64,000 nucleotides of DNA from Nanobdellota archaeon (GCA_021807125.1 JAKAPK010000001.1:54354-118353); one strand, 5' to 3'; counted from the first letter of the stretch, positions 1-11,140 are shown. Made by a program: numbers and translations. Notes: generated from the sequence alone by a model not told the origin.

Positions 1-39
1 AGATACCAAAATTATTAAAGGATAAGCTCGGTTAAGCGG

Positions 40-693
40 TCAAAAGTCGTCCAAAGTCAAATTTTTTATGTTCTTGAAGGTTCTCCAGGTCTTTCTTATG
101 TATTTTCTTAGCTTTTCGTCCTCAAGCAGGCCTTCGTTCCTTAATTTTACCAAGAATTCCTTTGTGCGCGGGTCCGATGGATACCCGCTACCGAAATCGT
201 AGCCTATTTCTTTGACTATGCGCGACACTTCCCGTTCTCTTTCGGCTTTTGCCAGTATGGATGCAGCGCCGACTTCTATATAGTCCCTGTCAGCATAATT
301 AGCGGCTATTATCTCTTTGTCCCTTATCTGGATTTCAACGTATTTTTTTATTTTGGATGTATTTGCGCTTGGAGAGTCGATTATCAGCCTCTCTCCTGCG
401 AGCGATCTTGCTATGTTTATCATATTGTCAAGCTCCATATAATTCAAGTTCTTTTCATCGTCGAACCTATTGTCTATTTCTTCAGGGGACAATGCGACGA
501 CCTTGTATCCATTTGCAATCTCCTTTATTTTCGGCTCAAGTTCGTTTATTTTTTTTATCGAGAGAAGTTTCGAGTCTTTAACACCTAGGTCCTTAAGGGT
601 CTTCGCGTCCTTGTCCTCCAAAGCGACGCCACCGATTGTCAGAGGGCCTATTATCGAGCCGCGGCCGGCTTCGTCAACTCCTATCGTTATCAT
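40..693 (-). CDS. rnhB: Ribonuclease HII
   Basis: 217 aa. The N-terminus is MITIGVDEAGRGSIIGPL with the DEAGRG catalytic motif. DSK and the overall length are typical of archaeal RNase HII. Confidence 0.9.
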   Translation of the reverse strand: MITIGVDEAGRGSIIGPLTIGGVALEDKDAKTLKDLGVKDSKLLSIKKINELEPKIKEIANGYKVVALSPEEIDNRFDDEKNLNYMELDNMINIARSLAGERLIIDSPSANTSKIKKYVEIQIRDKEIIAANYADRDYIEVGAASILAKAEREREVSRIVKEIGYDFGSGYPSDPRTKEFLVKLRNEGLLEDEKLRKYIRKTWRTFKNIKNLTLDDF

Positions 694-1018
694 TTTTTAT
701 CTCTTTCGGCTTTGTTCTTTCGTCTGCCCTAAATTTTGCGTGTCCGAAATTTATCAAAAGTTTTATTCCTGCTTTGTCTAGGCCTATCGGGATGTCGCAG
801 GCTCCGTAATTGCTGCCACCCCATATGTAAACCTCCGCTGAGGTGTTGTTGGATATAAGTTCTGCTATGTCAAGTGCATGGAGTTTGAAACCGTCCGGAA
901 GTTGTATAGCGACCTTATCGTACTTCTTTTCCTTTATGCGGTCTATTATAGAATCAAAATCTATGTCGTATTTATTTACTAAATACTTCACTCCGTCGTT
1001 TTTTATGTCGTATTTCAT
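674..1018 (-). pseudogene. dph2: Truncated diphthamide synthase (Dph2)-like N-terminal fragment
   Basis: 114 aa. VAIQLPDGFK...GGSNYGACDI...LLINFGHAKF matches only the first ~80 residues of ~330-aa archaeal Dph2 (LQFPEGL...YGACD...HxGHS). Similarity ends after GH, and the ORF runs 20 nt into rnhB. Confidence 0.55.
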
Positions 1019-1092
1019 GCGCTATTATTTATATTCGTGACTGGGTATAGTTTATATACTTTTAGTATTTTACGGGCACTTTTAAAAAAGAT

Positions 1093-1782
1093 ATGCATAG
1101 CTACACTAAATCGCAGAGGCAAAAAGCAGTCGCACTGGCCAGGTTCCTTTCAAAAAGATATCCTGATGTAAGGCATCAGGCCGAGAGCCTGTTCAGGATA
1201 CTCATAAGAACGATAATATCACAACAAAACAGGGACGAGATGACAGACATTAGCTTCAAGAAGCTTTTTTCGCGTTTTAAAACACCGGAAGACTTTGCTG
1301 ATGCAGACGTAAGAAGTATAGCTTCACTAATAAAACCGTCCGGTTTGTACGCACAAAAGGCACGTGCGATAAAAGATACATGCATACAGCTGATATCCAG
1401 CTTCGATGGAAAAGTACCGAAGACAAGAGAAGAACTGATGAGCCTGAAGGGAGTCGGTGGCAAAACAGCGGATATAGTCATGGCTTACGGATATGGGCAG
1501 GATGTTATAGCGTGTGATACGCACGTTATATGGGTTGCAAACGCACTAGGGATAGTAAATTCCGCGAAACCAGAGGAGGTCAGAAGCGCTCTAATGGACA
1601 TTGTGCCAAAGAAGGAAAGAAGGATGCTTAACATAAGAACCGTGGAATTCGGCAAAAATATATGTATAAAATCAAGGCCGAAGTGCAACCTGTGTTCTCT
1701 AAGACGCGTCTGCGATTACTACAAAAACGTCGTTTTACCGAGCGGCAGGCTATCAAATGTTCTGTCTGATAAAGATTATTAA
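1093..1782 (+). CDS. nth: Endonuclease III (HhH-GPD DNA glycosylase)
   Basis: Helix-hairpin-helix LMSLKGVGGKTADIV. C-terminal 4Fe-4S ligand pattern CIKSRPKCNLCSLRRVC (C-x6-C-x2-C-x5-C). Confidence 0.9.
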   Translation: MHSYTKSQRQKAVALARFLSKRYPDVRHQAESLFRILIRTIISQQNRDEMTDISFKKLFSRFKTPEDFADADVRSIASLIKPSGLYAQKARAIKDTCIQLISSFDGKVPKTREELMSLKGVGGKTADIVMAYGYGQDVIACDTHVIWVANALGIVNSAKPEEVRSALMDIVPKKERRMLNIRTVEFGKNICIKSRPKCNLCSLRRVCDYYKNVVLPSGRLSNVLSDKDY

Positions 1783-1804
1783 TCCAAACTAACTTACCTT
1801 CTAT

Positions 1805-2566
1805 ATGGTCCAGATAGTCAGCGCTAAAAGGGCATTGATAAGCGGGCTTTCATTTTTGAGCCAGCCAAGAATGTGGTTGCCTTTCATAGGGATACTAGCC
1901 TCTACGCTGATATTCCTTTACTTCGGCATATACCAGTATCTGGGTCTTTATTTTCAGAACCCATTAAACAACGTGTACGCTTATCAGGCAGGGGATATGA
2001 CGGTTGCGATGTCGTTGTCATTTGTTCTCGCTTTTATACTGTTTTCAACCCTATTTATTGAATTTGCAGTAATGATAAGATACGCCGTCGACAATAACCT
2101 TAAAGCGAGCATTGGCAGGATATTTTTAATAAGCCTGAAGACTTATCCGCGTTTTCTGGTATCGGCGTTGCTTCAGGGGTTGCTGGCACTCGGCGGTGCG
2201 ATACTATTGATAGTACCGGTATTCTATCTTGGACCCAGGACGCTGTTCGTTTCCGTATTGACGGTTTATGAGGACCTCGGGCCTTTCACTGCACTTTCAA
2301 AGTCAAATAAACTGACAAAGCCGATATTTCTGCGCTGCCTGATGGTCTTTGCATTCTATGTCGTTCTTGGTTCGGCTCTTATGTATCTGTGGGGTAACGT
2401 CGGTTTTTCAACGTTTTATAAGTTCATTTTCGACGGCGCAACGCTTTCTTTCCTGCTTATAGCGTTTATGATAAGTACCATTTCCCTTTTTAATCAGTTG
2501 AATAAGAGCGCATATGCAAGAGGCGGATTTTCATATCTGGAATCGCATATAAAAAGCTTGGGATAA
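1805..2566 (+). CDS. Polytopic membrane protein, unknown function
   Basis: 253 aa with several long hydrophobic segments (e.g. WLPFIGILASTLIFLYFGIY, LLQGLLALGGAILLIVPVFYL). No catalytic motif recognised. Confidence 0.6.
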   Translation: MVQIVSAKRALISGLSFLSQPRMWLPFIGILASTLIFLYFGIYQYLGLYFQNPLNNVYAYQAGDMTVAMSLSFVLAFILFSTLFIEFAVMIRYAVDNNLKASIGRIFLISLKTYPRFLVSALLQGLLALGGAILLIVPVFYLGPRTLFVSVLTVYEDLGPFTALSKSNKLTKPIFLRCLMVFAFYVVLGSALMYLWGNVGFSTFYKFIFDGATLSFLLIAFMISTISLFNQLNKSAYARGGFSYLESHIKSLG

Positions 2567-2576
2567 TTATAATAAT

Positions 2577-3263
2577 ATGGCGAGTGATATTTGGCAAGAT
2601 TCAATTTCATTTTTGGAAAAAAACATTAAAGAATACGGGATCTTAGTCGTACTCTTCTTAGTGATTCTCGCAGTCATATATTCAATAGCCAGCGGACTAT
2701 CAACGCTGTTCTTCATCCTTTATGTGGGTAGCATAGGCTTTACTATCGGCTCTATAATCCTGTTTTCATTATGGGGGTTGCTGTACGCGCTAGTGACCGG
2801 CACATATATGTTCGCCCTTAAGGATGGAATAAATTCTTTGAACAAAAACCAGCAACTTAATTACGTGGGTTCAATTACAAATGGATTTAAGTCTATGACC
2901 AAGGACATGAATATGACCTACACGGTTTCAATAATAGGGCTCGTTAGCGGTTTTATTTATGGCGCATTCAACGCACTTTCTAATTATGGACTGTCAGTGA
3001 TAGGACAGATATTAAGCGGCGTAGTTTTTGCAGCCGCGATAGTGTTCCTGCTTTCAAAAATGTACGGTCTGAGCATTCCTAAATTAGTGGATAAGATAAA
3101 GAGTATAAACCACACGTCGCCGAACGCAGGTTTGTTCATGATATTGACGATAGTCTTACCGATAATACCTATAGTCGGTGCCTTGGAAATATTTATGCTT
3201 TCATTTGCCCTTGTAATACTCACGAAATCTCCCGGTCAGACCCAAGCGCAGACGAAAAGATAG
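2577..3263 (+). CDS. Polytopic membrane protein, unknown function
   Basis: 228 aa with multiple hydrophobic helices. It follows the previous membrane protein gene after 10 nt. Confidence 0.6.
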   Translation: MASDIWQDSISFLEKNIKEYGILVVLFLVILAVIYSIASGLSTLFFILYVGSIGFTIGSIILFSLWGLLYALVTGTYMFALKDGINSLNKNQQLNYVGSITNGFKSMTKDMNMTYTVSIIGLVSGFIYGAFNALSNYGLSVIGQILSGVVFAAAIVFLLSKMYGLSIPKLVDKIKSINHTSPNAGLFMILTIVLPIIPIVGALEIFMLSFALVILTKSPGQTQAQTKR

Positions 3264-3290
3264 GGCGTAAATATATAATTTTCCCGATAG

Positions 3291-3304
3291 AAAGCTTTAT
3301 ATAC
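3291..3304 (+). promoter_or_regulatory. Putative BRE/TATA element upstream of the rpoH operon
   Basis: AAAGCTTTATATAC lies ~50 nt upstream of the rpoH start and is followed by AAAAGGTAAC (SD-like). A near-identical arrangement precedes tfb at 62631. Confidence 0.45.
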
Positions 3305-3354
3305 TAGATATTTATACTCTAATAATAATCAATTACTTAGTGTAAAAGGTAACC

Positions 3355-3588
3355 TTGGATATCGAAATTTTTACCCACCGCCTATCCCCAAAGTATAGGG
3401 TTCTCTCAGACGATGAGGTTGAGAGTCTTCTGAATAAGTATAATGTTACAAAACGAGACTTACCTAAAATAAAGGCGAATGATCCTGCAGTTACAAAAAT
3501 AGGTGCTCAGGAAGGTGCAATAATCGAGATAGACCGTAATAGTCCTACCGCAGGGCAGGCAAAATATTACAGGTTTGTAGTAAAGTAA
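3355..3588 (+). CDS. rpoH: DNA-directed RNA polymerase subunit H (Rpo5)
   Basis: 77 aa. H..SPKYRVLSDDEVESLLNKYNV...LPKI...DP...GA..G.IIEI.R.S.TAG...YYR.VV is the RpoH signature. TTG start in the ORF track. Confidence 0.85.
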   Translation: MDIEIFTHRLSPKYRVLSDDEVESLLNKYNVTKRDLPKIKANDPAVTKIGAQEGAIIEIDRNSPTAGQAKYYRFVVK

Positions 3589-3591
3589 CTT

Positions 3592-5076
3592 GTGTTTATG
3601 GATAAAAGAATGGCGTTGTTGGATGCGGCAATCAAGGACATGAATATAGCTGAGCACCACATAAAGTCGTTTGAATATTTCATAGACAACGGCTTACAGA
3701 ACATAGTCAATAGCAATTCTACGATAGAACCAGTGATAAAACCGGCAGGAGTGACTGAATTTCTAATAAAACTTGGAAAAATAACGGTAGGAAAGCCAGA
3801 CATAAGAGAAATAGACAGTACCGTAAGGCCGATAATGCCTATGGAGGCAAGGATAAGAGACCTTAATTATGATGCATCCATGACATTGATGGTCTCCTAC
3901 ATCGCTGATAAAAAAGTAATAAAAGAGAAAGAAGTTGTCATAGGCAGAATGCCGATAATGCTGAAATCTAAATATTGCAATCTTTTCGGGCTTTCAAAAG
4001 AGGACCTTATTAAAATAAAAGAAGATCCAAACGACCCCGGCGGGTACTTCATAATAAACGGCACGGAAAGGATAATAATAACTACTGAAGATCTTGCACC
4101 GAACAATATCCTGATAACAAAAGACAGTCAGGAAGGGATACTGTATTCCGCAAAGATATTTGCAGATGCTGACGATATAAAAGTACCACACACTGTATCT
4201 CTGTCATCTAATAACCTACTTTATGTTACTTTCGGGAAAATAAAACGCTTCCCGGCGGTTACACTGTTGAAGGCGCTCGGAATCACCAGTGACGCAGAAC
4301 TGATAAAACTTCTTGCAGGCGGCAATGAAGATATGGAAAACACGCTGCATGTTAACTTAGTAGCATTTCCAGAGAAAACCGAAAAGGAATCTCTTATAGC
4401 AGTTGGTGAAAGTCTGCACTCGGTGCACCCAATAGAAACCGCGGAAACTAATATCGATTCGCTTCTGTTTCCTTTCTTAGGGAGGACGAATGCGTCGAGA
4501 GGACTTAAGGCTGAGTATCTTATATTTGTGTTACGCAGACTGCTCGCATCGGCTGAAGAGAAAAAGGAAGTCGACAAGGACCACTACTCAAACAAGCGCT
4601 TGCATTCAGAATATTACAATATGGACATGCTTTTTAGGTTTGTTTTCAGACAGGTTCTTAATGATGCGAAATATAATTTTGAAAGGGGCATAAGAAAGGA
4701 CAAGATACCCACACCAGAATATATATTCACAGCGGATCAACTGACTTCAAGATTAAGGTCATCATTTGCAACTGGACAATGGGTGGGCGGCAGAGTAGGC
4801 ATAACGCAACATCTTGACCGAAGAAGTTTTCCTTCTACAGTTTCACACTTAAGGAAGATAGAGTCTCTTCTTACTTCTAACAGAGAAAATTACCGTGCTA
4901 GGGATCTTCACGGCACCCACTTCGGAAGATTCTGCGCCGTTGAGACGCCAGAGGGTCCTAAAATCGGACTTACAAAGAATTTAGCGTTACTATCAAGAAT
5001 ATCAATCGACGGTGTCTCTGAAAAGGAGATATCCGCTGAGCTTAAGAAATACGGGGTAAAAGTGCTATGGACTTAG
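3592..5076 (+). CDS. rpoB2: RNA polymerase subunit B'' (N-terminal half of the split Rpo2)
   Basis: 494 aa. GGYFIINGTERIIIT and CAVETPEGPKIGL motifs. GTG at 3592 or ATG at 3598. Overlaps rpoB1 by 10 nt. Confidence 0.95.
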   Translation: MFMDKRMALLDAAIKDMNIAEHHIKSFEYFIDNGLQNIVNSNSTIEPVIKPAGVTEFLIKLGKITVGKPDIREIDSTVRPIMPMEARIRDLNYDASMTLMVSYIADKKVIKEKEVVIGRMPIMLKSKYCNLFGLSKEDLIKIKEDPNDPGGYFIINGTERIIITTEDLAPNNILITKDSQEGILYSAKIFADADDIKVPHTVSLSSNNLLYVTFGKIKRFPAVTLLKALGITSDAELIKLLAGGNEDMENTLHVNLVAFPEKTEKESLIAVGESLHSVHPIETAETNIDSLLFPFLGRTNASRGLKAEYLIFVLRRLLASAEEKKEVDKDHYSNKRLHSEYYNMDMLFRFVFRQVLNDAKYNFERGIRKDKIPTPEYIFTADQLTSRLRSSFATGQWVGGRVGITQHLDRRSFPSTVSHLRKIESLLTSNRENYRARDLHGTHFGRFCAVETPEGPKIGLTKNLALLSRISIDGVSEKEISAELKKYGVKVLWT

Positions 5077-6869
5077 TGTTTTTGAACGGAAAGCTAGTTG
5101 GAAAGAGCGACGACGGCAAGGGTCTTATAAAAGCGTTGATAGAAGATAGGCGCGCCGGAAAGCTTCCTTCTTCGTTAAACACCAGATATATAGAAGAAAC
5201 ATCGAGTGTCATGATAAATACCGATGGTGGCAGGCTTACGAGGGCGTTGATAGTCGTTAAGAACGGCAGGCCTTTGGTGACGGAGGAAGACGTCAAGCTG
5301 CTTGCAGAGGGACACATAACGTGGAACGATCTCATAAACTCCGGCAAGATCGAATACTTAGATGCGGATGAAGAAGAAGGTGCGTATACTGCCCTTTCAG
5401 AGGATGAAGTAACAAAAGAACACACACACCTGGAAATAACTCCTCTTTCAGTTTTCGGCACGCAGGCTTCGCTTTTGCCCTTTATAAATCACAGTAACGC
5501 GCACAGAAATGTTACGGCTGTAAAAAGCGTGCAGCAGGGTGTCGGGATATATTCCACTAATTATCTGATAAGGATGGACAATGATTCGATGATAGCCGTC
5601 GATCAACAGATACCTCTTGTTAGGACAAAAATATACGACAGTGAGAATTTCAGCACACACCCACTCGGGCAGAATATCGTTGTCGCAGTCATGTCCTATC
5701 TTGGCTACAATATGGACGATGCAGTAATAATAAACAAGTCCTCTGTTGAGAGGGGGCTTTTCAAATCTTTATTCTTCAGGCCTTACAAAGTCGAAGAGAC
5801 AAAATATATCGGCGGGCAGACAGATTCAATATGTGTGCCGGACAAGGACGTTATAGGTTACAGATCAGAAGATTCTTACAGGTTCTTAGACGATGACGGT
5901 ATAGTACCTCCCGGTGCAAAGATAGACAGTGGAGATGTCCTTATAGGCAGAGTGTCTCCTCCACGATTCGTTTCATCAGTAGATAAATTCAGGCTCGGCT
6001 TACAGAAGCAAGTCGAATCATCGGTGGAATGTAAGACAGGAGAAGGTGGTGTGGTCGACAATGTTTTCGTTACCTCCACAGCGGATGGTAATAAGTACGT
6101 TTCATTAAAAGTAAGACAGGACAGGACACTGGAAGTAGGTGACAAGTTTGGTACTAGAAGCGGACAAAAGGGAGTCGTCGGCATGCTTTTGAATCAGGAA
6201 GATATGCCATTTACATTATCAGGAGTAGTGCCCGATCTTCTTTTTTCTCCATATTCATTACCATCAAGAATGACCATGGGTTACTTGCTTGAGCTTATAG
6301 GCGGTAAAGTAGGCGCTATGGGGGGCAGGTACATAGATGGAACTTCGTTCACTGGCGAAGACGAAGAATCTCTAAGAAAGGAATTAGCTTCTTTCGGTTT
6401 TAGAGAAAATGGAGTAGAGCTTATGTATAATGGTATAACCGGCGAAGAAATGAAGGCAAGAATATTCGTTGGTGACATGCTATATATAAGGCTTAAGCAC
6501 TTCGTAGCAAACAAGATACAGTGGAGGGCGAGGGGACCGATACAATTGCTTACCAGACAGCCGACAGAGGGAAGATCGAAGAGCGGCGGTCTTAGACTTG
6601 GAGAGATGGAGAAAGACGTATTTGTGGCGTATGGTGCTGCACTTTCTCTTAAAGAAAGGTTCGATTCAGACAAGGTTACAATACCAGTTTGTTCAAAGTG
6701 CGGGCTTATATCTGTTTATAATGTAAGAAAAAGGACGGGATACTGCCACCTTGATGGTGAAGACGCACCGATTAAACTTATAGAGGTGTCGGCATCTTTC
6801 AAGATACTATTGGACGAACTGAAATCGATAGGCATATATCCAAAGATACTGCTTGGGAGAAAAGTATGA
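5067..6869 (+). CDS. rpoB1: RNA polymerase subunit B' (C-terminal half of the split Rpo2)
   Basis: 600 aa. VGDKFGTRSGQKGVVG, GLRLGEMEKD, and a C-terminal Zn site CSKCG...C. Confidence 0.95.
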   Translation: MDLVFLNGKLVGKSDDGKGLIKALIEDRRAGKLPSSLNTRYIEETSSVMINTDGGRLTRALIVVKNGRPLVTEEDVKLLAEGHITWNDLINSGKIEYLDADEEEGAYTALSEDEVTKEHTHLEITPLSVFGTQASLLPFINHSNAHRNVTAVKSVQQGVGIYSTNYLIRMDNDSMIAVDQQIPLVRTKIYDSENFSTHPLGQNIVVAVMSYLGYNMDDAVIINKSSVERGLFKSLFFRPYKVEETKYIGGQTDSICVPDKDVIGYRSEDSYRFLDDDGIVPPGAKIDSGDVLIGRVSPPRFVSSVDKFRLGLQKQVESSVECKTGEGGVVDNVFVTSTADGNKYVSLKVRQDRTLEVGDKFGTRSGQKGVVGMLLNQEDMPFTLSGVVPDLLFSPYSLPSRMTMGYLLELIGGKVGAMGGRYIDGTSFTGEDEESLRKELASFGFRENGVELMYNGITGEEMKARIFVGDMLYIRLKHFVANKIQWRARGPIQLLTRQPTEGRSKSGGLRLGEMEKDVFVAYGAALSLKERFDSDKVTIPVCSKCGLISVYNVRKRTGYCHLDGEDAPIKLIEVSASFKILLDELKSIGIYPKILLGRKV

Positions 6870-9391
6870 AACTGGACACAAATTTTGTATACAATAAGAT
6901 AATGGGTATAGAATTCGGGCTTCTTTCGCCGAAAATCATACAAAAGATGAGCAGTGTTTCTGTTACATCTTCAGAGTTGTATGATATAGACGGTTTTCCG
7001 ATAGACGGCGGTCTAGCAGACTTAAGACTCGGGGTTACCGATCCAGGCCTTGCATGCAAAACATGCAACAATACTATAAGGGACTGCCCCGGACATTTCG
7101 GTCATCTTGAACTGGCAAGGCCAGTCTTCAACGTAAAGACGGTACAATACGTCTATAGCATAATAAACGCTACATGTAACTCATGCGGCAGGATACTTAT
7201 CCCAGAAGCTTCGTTGAAGAAACTGAGTGAAAGCATACTCAGGATAGAAGCTCAAGAGGGAGTCCAGAAAAAGAATAAATTCATAAAAACGATAATAAAA
7301 CACGCTAAAAACATAGCCATATGTCCGTTCTGCAGGGAAAAACAGCAGAAGACAAAACTGGAAAAGCCTTACACGTTCCTTCTTGCAGGCCAAAAACTTA
7401 CGCCTGTTGATATACTCGAACGATTGGAGAAGATAAAGGATTCAGATCTGCAGTTTCTTGGTTTGGATCCGGACTATTCAAGACCAGAATGGATGATAAT
7501 AACCATATTGCCAATACCACCGATAACTATCAGGCCGTCGATAACTTTGGAAAACGGCCAGAGGAGTGAGGATGATCTTACGCACAAACTTACCGATATA
7601 GTAAGAACTAATCAAAGACTAGCGGAAAACATAAAATCTGGTGCTCCAGAAATAATAATAGACGAGCTTTGGGATCTATTACAGTACCATGCTACTACTT
7701 TTATATCGAATGGCGTCGCGCAGGTACCTGTCGCCAGACATAAATCCGGCAAGAAATTAAAGACACTCGAAGATAGGATAAAGGGAAAAGAAGGAAGATT
7801 CAGGGGATCCGTGCTTGGGAAGCGTGTGAATTATGGTGCAAGGTCAGTAATAGCCCCAGACCCGTTCCTGCGTACTGAACAAGTCGGTGTACCAATAACG
7901 GTTGCAAAGGAACTCACATACCCGGAACATGTTACGGAATTTAACTTGAATAGGTTAAAGAAACTCATAGAGAACTTCAAAGAGTATCCAGGTGCAAATT
8001 ATGTCATAACACCAGATGGTATAAAGAAGAAAATAACCGACACGACAGTGAAAAACATCGCGGATGAAATTAAGCCAGGCTATATCGTAGAAAGACACCT
8101 TATAGACGGCGACATGGTACTTTTCAACAGGCAGCCATCCCTTCACAGACTATCAATAATGGGACATTATGTAAAGGTTTTACCATATAGAACATTCGGT
8201 ATAAACCCTACCGCTACGCTCCCATACAATGCAGATTTCGACGGGGACGAGATGAACATACACGTTTTGCAAAACGAGGAAGCACTCGCAGAAGCAGACA
8301 TGATAATCAATATAAAACACAACATCGTATCACCAAGGCACGGACTTCCACTTATCGGAGCTGCACAAGATTACATATCCGGATGTGCATTGCTGACCAA
8401 CAGAGACATTCAACTTTCAAAAGAGGACGCAGAGTTTCTTCTTGTAAACATAGGAATGGAAGTTGATCTGACTAAAGAAAAATACGCAGGAAGAGAGATA
8501 TTCAGCATGCTTCTTCCAAAGGACTTGAACTTTGACAGCATAAGCAGCACCTACAAACTGTCAAAGGAAGATGACGATTACGTTAAAATAAAGAACGGTA
8601 GGCTTGAAAGCGGAGTCATAGACAGCGCTACTATAGGAAAGGAAAATGGAAGTCTTCTTCAGTTCCTGTTCGTAAGATACGGCTCGCAAACAACTGCAGA
8701 TTTCATAGACCACGCAACTAAGTTGGGGCTAATGGTACTTTTGAAATTTGGTATGAGTGCCAATATATCAGACTTCGACTTGCCGTCAATAGCGGACGAG
8801 AAAATAAGAGAAGTCATAGACAACGGCGAGAAAGAGGTAGACGCTCTAATAAAGAACTATGACGAGACCACTGAAATAAGGATAATTAACCTTACTAACA
8901 AGCTTAGAAGCAGAGTAAGGAACGTAATAGACACCTTCATAAACAAGAAAGGCAACATGATAGAAACCATGATAACGACCGGTGCAAAGGGAAGCGTAAT
9001 AAATCTTATTCCAACGGTAGGTGCTGTAGGACAGCAGCTATTGAGAGACGTCAGAATAAGTGCCGGATTCGAAGGCAGACTGACATCACACTTCAAGAAA
9101 TATGATAAAAGTCTTAAGGCAAGGGGTTTCATAACCTCAAATTACAAGAAAGGACTGAACCCGGTGCAGTACTTCCTACACTCCGCAAGCGGTAGAGAAG
9201 GTTTGATGGACAACGTGATAAGAACACCGATATCTGGTTACATGCAGAGAAGACTGTCGTCCGCGTTGCAAGACATAAAAGTTTATAATGACAGATCCGT
9301 AAGGCTAGGTAACAAGAAGATAATCCAGTTCACGTATGGAGAAGACGGCCTTGATGTGTCTCTAAGCGACAAAGGAGATTTGAAGATATAG
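6866..9391 (+). CDS. rpoA1: RNA polymerase subunit A' (Rpo1N)
   Basis: 841 aa. N-terminal Zn motifs ([15 protein letters not shown]) and the catalytic [10 protein letters not shown]. Confidence 0.95.
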   Translation: MKLDTNFVYNKIMGIEFGLLSPKIIQKMSSVSVTSSELYDIDGFPIDGGLADLRLGVTDPGLACKTCNNTIRDCPGHFGHLELARPVFNVKTVQYVYSIINATCNSCGRILIPEASLKKLSESILRIEAQEGVQKKNKFIKTIIKHAKNIAICPFCREKQQKTKLEKPYTFLLAGQKLTPVDILERLEKIKDSDLQFLGLDPDYSRPEWMIITILPIPPITIRPSITLENGQRSEDDLTHKLTDIVRTNQRLAENIKSGAPEIIIDELWDLLQYHATTFISNGVAQVPVARHKSGKKLKTLEDRIKGKEGRFRGSVLGKRVNYGARSVIAPDPFLRTEQVGVPITVAKELTYPEHVTEFNLNRLKKLIENFKEYPGANYVITPDGIKKKITDTTVKNIADEIKPGYIVERHLIDGDMVLFNRQPSLHRLSIMGHYVKVLPYRTFGINPTATLPYNADFDGDEMNIHVLQNEEALAEADMIINIKHNIVSPRHGLPLIGAAQDYISGCALLTNRDIQLSKEDAEFLLVNIGMEVDLTKEKYAGREIFSMLLPKDLNFDSISSTYKLSKEDDDYVKIKNGRLESGVIDSATIGKENGSLLQFLFVRYGSQTTADFIDHATKLGLMVLLKFGMSANISDFDLPSIADEKIREVIDNGEKEVDALIKNYDETTEIRIINLTNKLRSRVRNVIDTFINKKGNMIETMITTGAKGSVINLIPTVGAVGQQLLRDVRISAGFEGRLTSHFKKYDKSLKARGFITSNYKKGLNPVQYFLHSASGREGLMDNVIRTPISGYMQRRLSSALQDIKVYNDRSVRLGNKKIIQFTYGEDGLDVSLSDKGDLKI

Positions 9392-9396
9392 ACAAT

Positions 9397-10521
9397 ATGG
9401 AAATACCTCAAAAATATATTGAAGCTTACCGCAAGAAGTATGGGGAAGATGCGGATATTGAAGAACTTAGGAAAGTTTACGAAAGGTCTTTGATAACTAC
9501 GGGAGAAGACGTCGGTGTAATAGCTGCACAAAGCATAGGTGAGGCAAGTACTCAGCTTACGTTAAGAACAAAGCACGCCGCGGGTTTGACGGCAATAAAC
9601 ACAACGTCAGGACTTCCAAGATTGGTTGAAGTGTTCGATGCAAAGAAGGAGATATCTACACCGACAATGGAAATATATCTAAAGCCGGAGCAGGGACATT
9701 CAAAACAGAAAGCTTACGATTTTGCGAACAGTATAATAGAGGTAAAAGCGAAGGAACTGTTCTCTTCATACGCCCTTTCATTGAGCAAAAAATCCATAGA
9801 ATTTTATTGTAATAGGGACGCAATAAAGGCCTACGGTTTGACTTTAAGGGATATACAGGCAAAATTCGAGAAGCTGGTAAAAAGCATGTCCGTAGAGGGA
9901 GATACTCTGATAATAAAAGACAAATCGGCGGATTCAGTAAAGAAACTCATAAAACTTAGGAATAAACTTAACGATGAGACAATATCGGGAGTATCAGGGA
10001 TACACCGCGCGATAATTAATTCGACACAGGACGGCGAATTTTGGATAAAAACGGTCGGAAGCAACCTTCAGCATGTGCTTTCGCTTGAGGAGGTTGACCA
10101 AAGCAGGACCTCGTCCAACGACGTTATGGAAGTTGCAAAGGTGATAGGGATAGAAGCCGCACGAAATCTTATAATCGAAGAAGTCGCAAAAGCACTTCAG
10201 ACCGGCGGTCTTACTGTAGACTACAGGCATATACTTTTAATAGCTGATGCGATGTGCGTAGACGGCGAAGTAAGGGGAATCGGAAGGTATGGGTTGAGCG
10301 GTGAAACAGAATCTGTTTTTGCGAGAGCATCGTTTGAAATACCATTGAAACACCTTATGGAAGCTAGCATGTTCCATGAAACCGATGCATTTAAATACGT
10401 TGCTAATAATGTTATGTCTAATCAGGTAATCCCAATAGGAACTGGTTCAGTAAAGTTAGTGGTAAAAGAGAATGGAAAAGAAGCTAAAACAGATGATACA
10501 GGAAAAGATAAAGGGCAATAA
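9397..10521 (+). CDS. rpoA2: RNA polymerase subunit A'' (Rpo1C)
   Basis: 374 aa. [23 protein letters not shown] trigger-loop region. Position directly after rpoA1. Confidence 0.9.
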   Translation: MEIPQKYIEAYRKKYGEDADIEELRKVYERSLITTGEDVGVIAAQSIGEASTQLTLRTKHAAGLTAINTTSGLPRLVEVFDAKKEISTPTMEIYLKPEQGHSKQKAYDFANSIIEVKAKELFSSYALSLSKKSIEFYCNRDAIKAYGLTLRDIQAKFEKLVKSMSVEGDTLIIKDKSADSVKKLIKLRNKLNDETISGVSGIHRAIINSTQDGEFWIKTVGSNLQHVLSLEEVDQSRTSSNDVMEVAKVIGIEAARNLIIEEVAKALQTGGLTVDYRHILLIADAMCVDGEVRGIGRYGLSGETESVFARASFEIPLKHLMEASMFHETDAFKYVANNVMSNQVIPIGTGSVKLVVKENGKEAKTDDTGKDKGQ

Positions 10522-10729
10522 AGTCTACATAGGACTTAATTCTACGCTTAGAGCATCAAAGAGCGGTCAGGTGTCAGCAATAGTATTCGCTTCGAATGCA
10601 AGCGAGGATCTTATAAACACACTTAACACTTTAGACATTCCAAAATATGAATATGAGGGTGACAGTGAAGCGCTTTCCATCGCGCTTGGAAAATCGTTCA
10701 ACATAGTCGTTCTAGGTCTTAAAAAGTGA
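10472..10729 (+). CDS. rpl30e: Ribosomal protein L30e (eL30)
   Basis: 85 aa. [23 protein letters not shown]...[19 protein letters not shown]. Conserved position between rpoA2 and nusA. The true start may be the ATG at 10493. Confidence 0.8.
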   Translation: MEKKLKQMIQEKIKGNKVYIGLNSTLRASKSGQVSAIVFASNASEDLINTLNTLDIPKYEYEGDSEALSIALGKSFNIVVLGLKK

Positions 10730-11136
10730 AATATATGAATATAAAACTAGACAGCGAAACACTATCTTCCATGAGCGTATTCTCGAACACAACGGGCGTT
10801 ATGCCTAAAGACTGTATGCAACTGGATGATAAGTTCCTATTCGTCGTTAATCAGGGCCAGGCTGGAATGTCTATAGGAAAAAACGGCGTCAACGTCAAGA
10901 TGCTCGAAAAGATGTTCAGCAAAGAAGTATTGATAGTCGAGTATGCAGACGATCCAGTAAGGCTTCTGGAAAATATAATAAGACCAGTAAAAGTGCTTTC
11001 CGGTTACGTTACGGAAACAACAAACAGCAAAAAAATACAGGCTTCTATAGATGGCAAACTCGCTTTAAGCAGGCTCAGGATAGCAAAAACTCTGATGCAA
11101 AGGTATTTTAATATAACTGATATCAATATTAAATAA
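10726..11136 (+). CDS. nusA: Archaeal NusA-like protein (two KH domains)
   Basis: 136 aa. A KH-type GKNGVNVKMLEKMF motif. Canonical position L30e-NusA-S12. Confidence 0.8.
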   Translation: MKYMNIKLDSETLSSMSVFSNTTGVMPKDCMQLDDKFLFVVNQGQAGMSIGKNGVNVKMLEKMFSKEVLIVEYADDPVRLLENIIRPVKVLSGYVTETTNSKKIQASIDGKLALSRLRIAKTLMQRYFNITDINIK

Positions 11137-11140
11137 ATTT

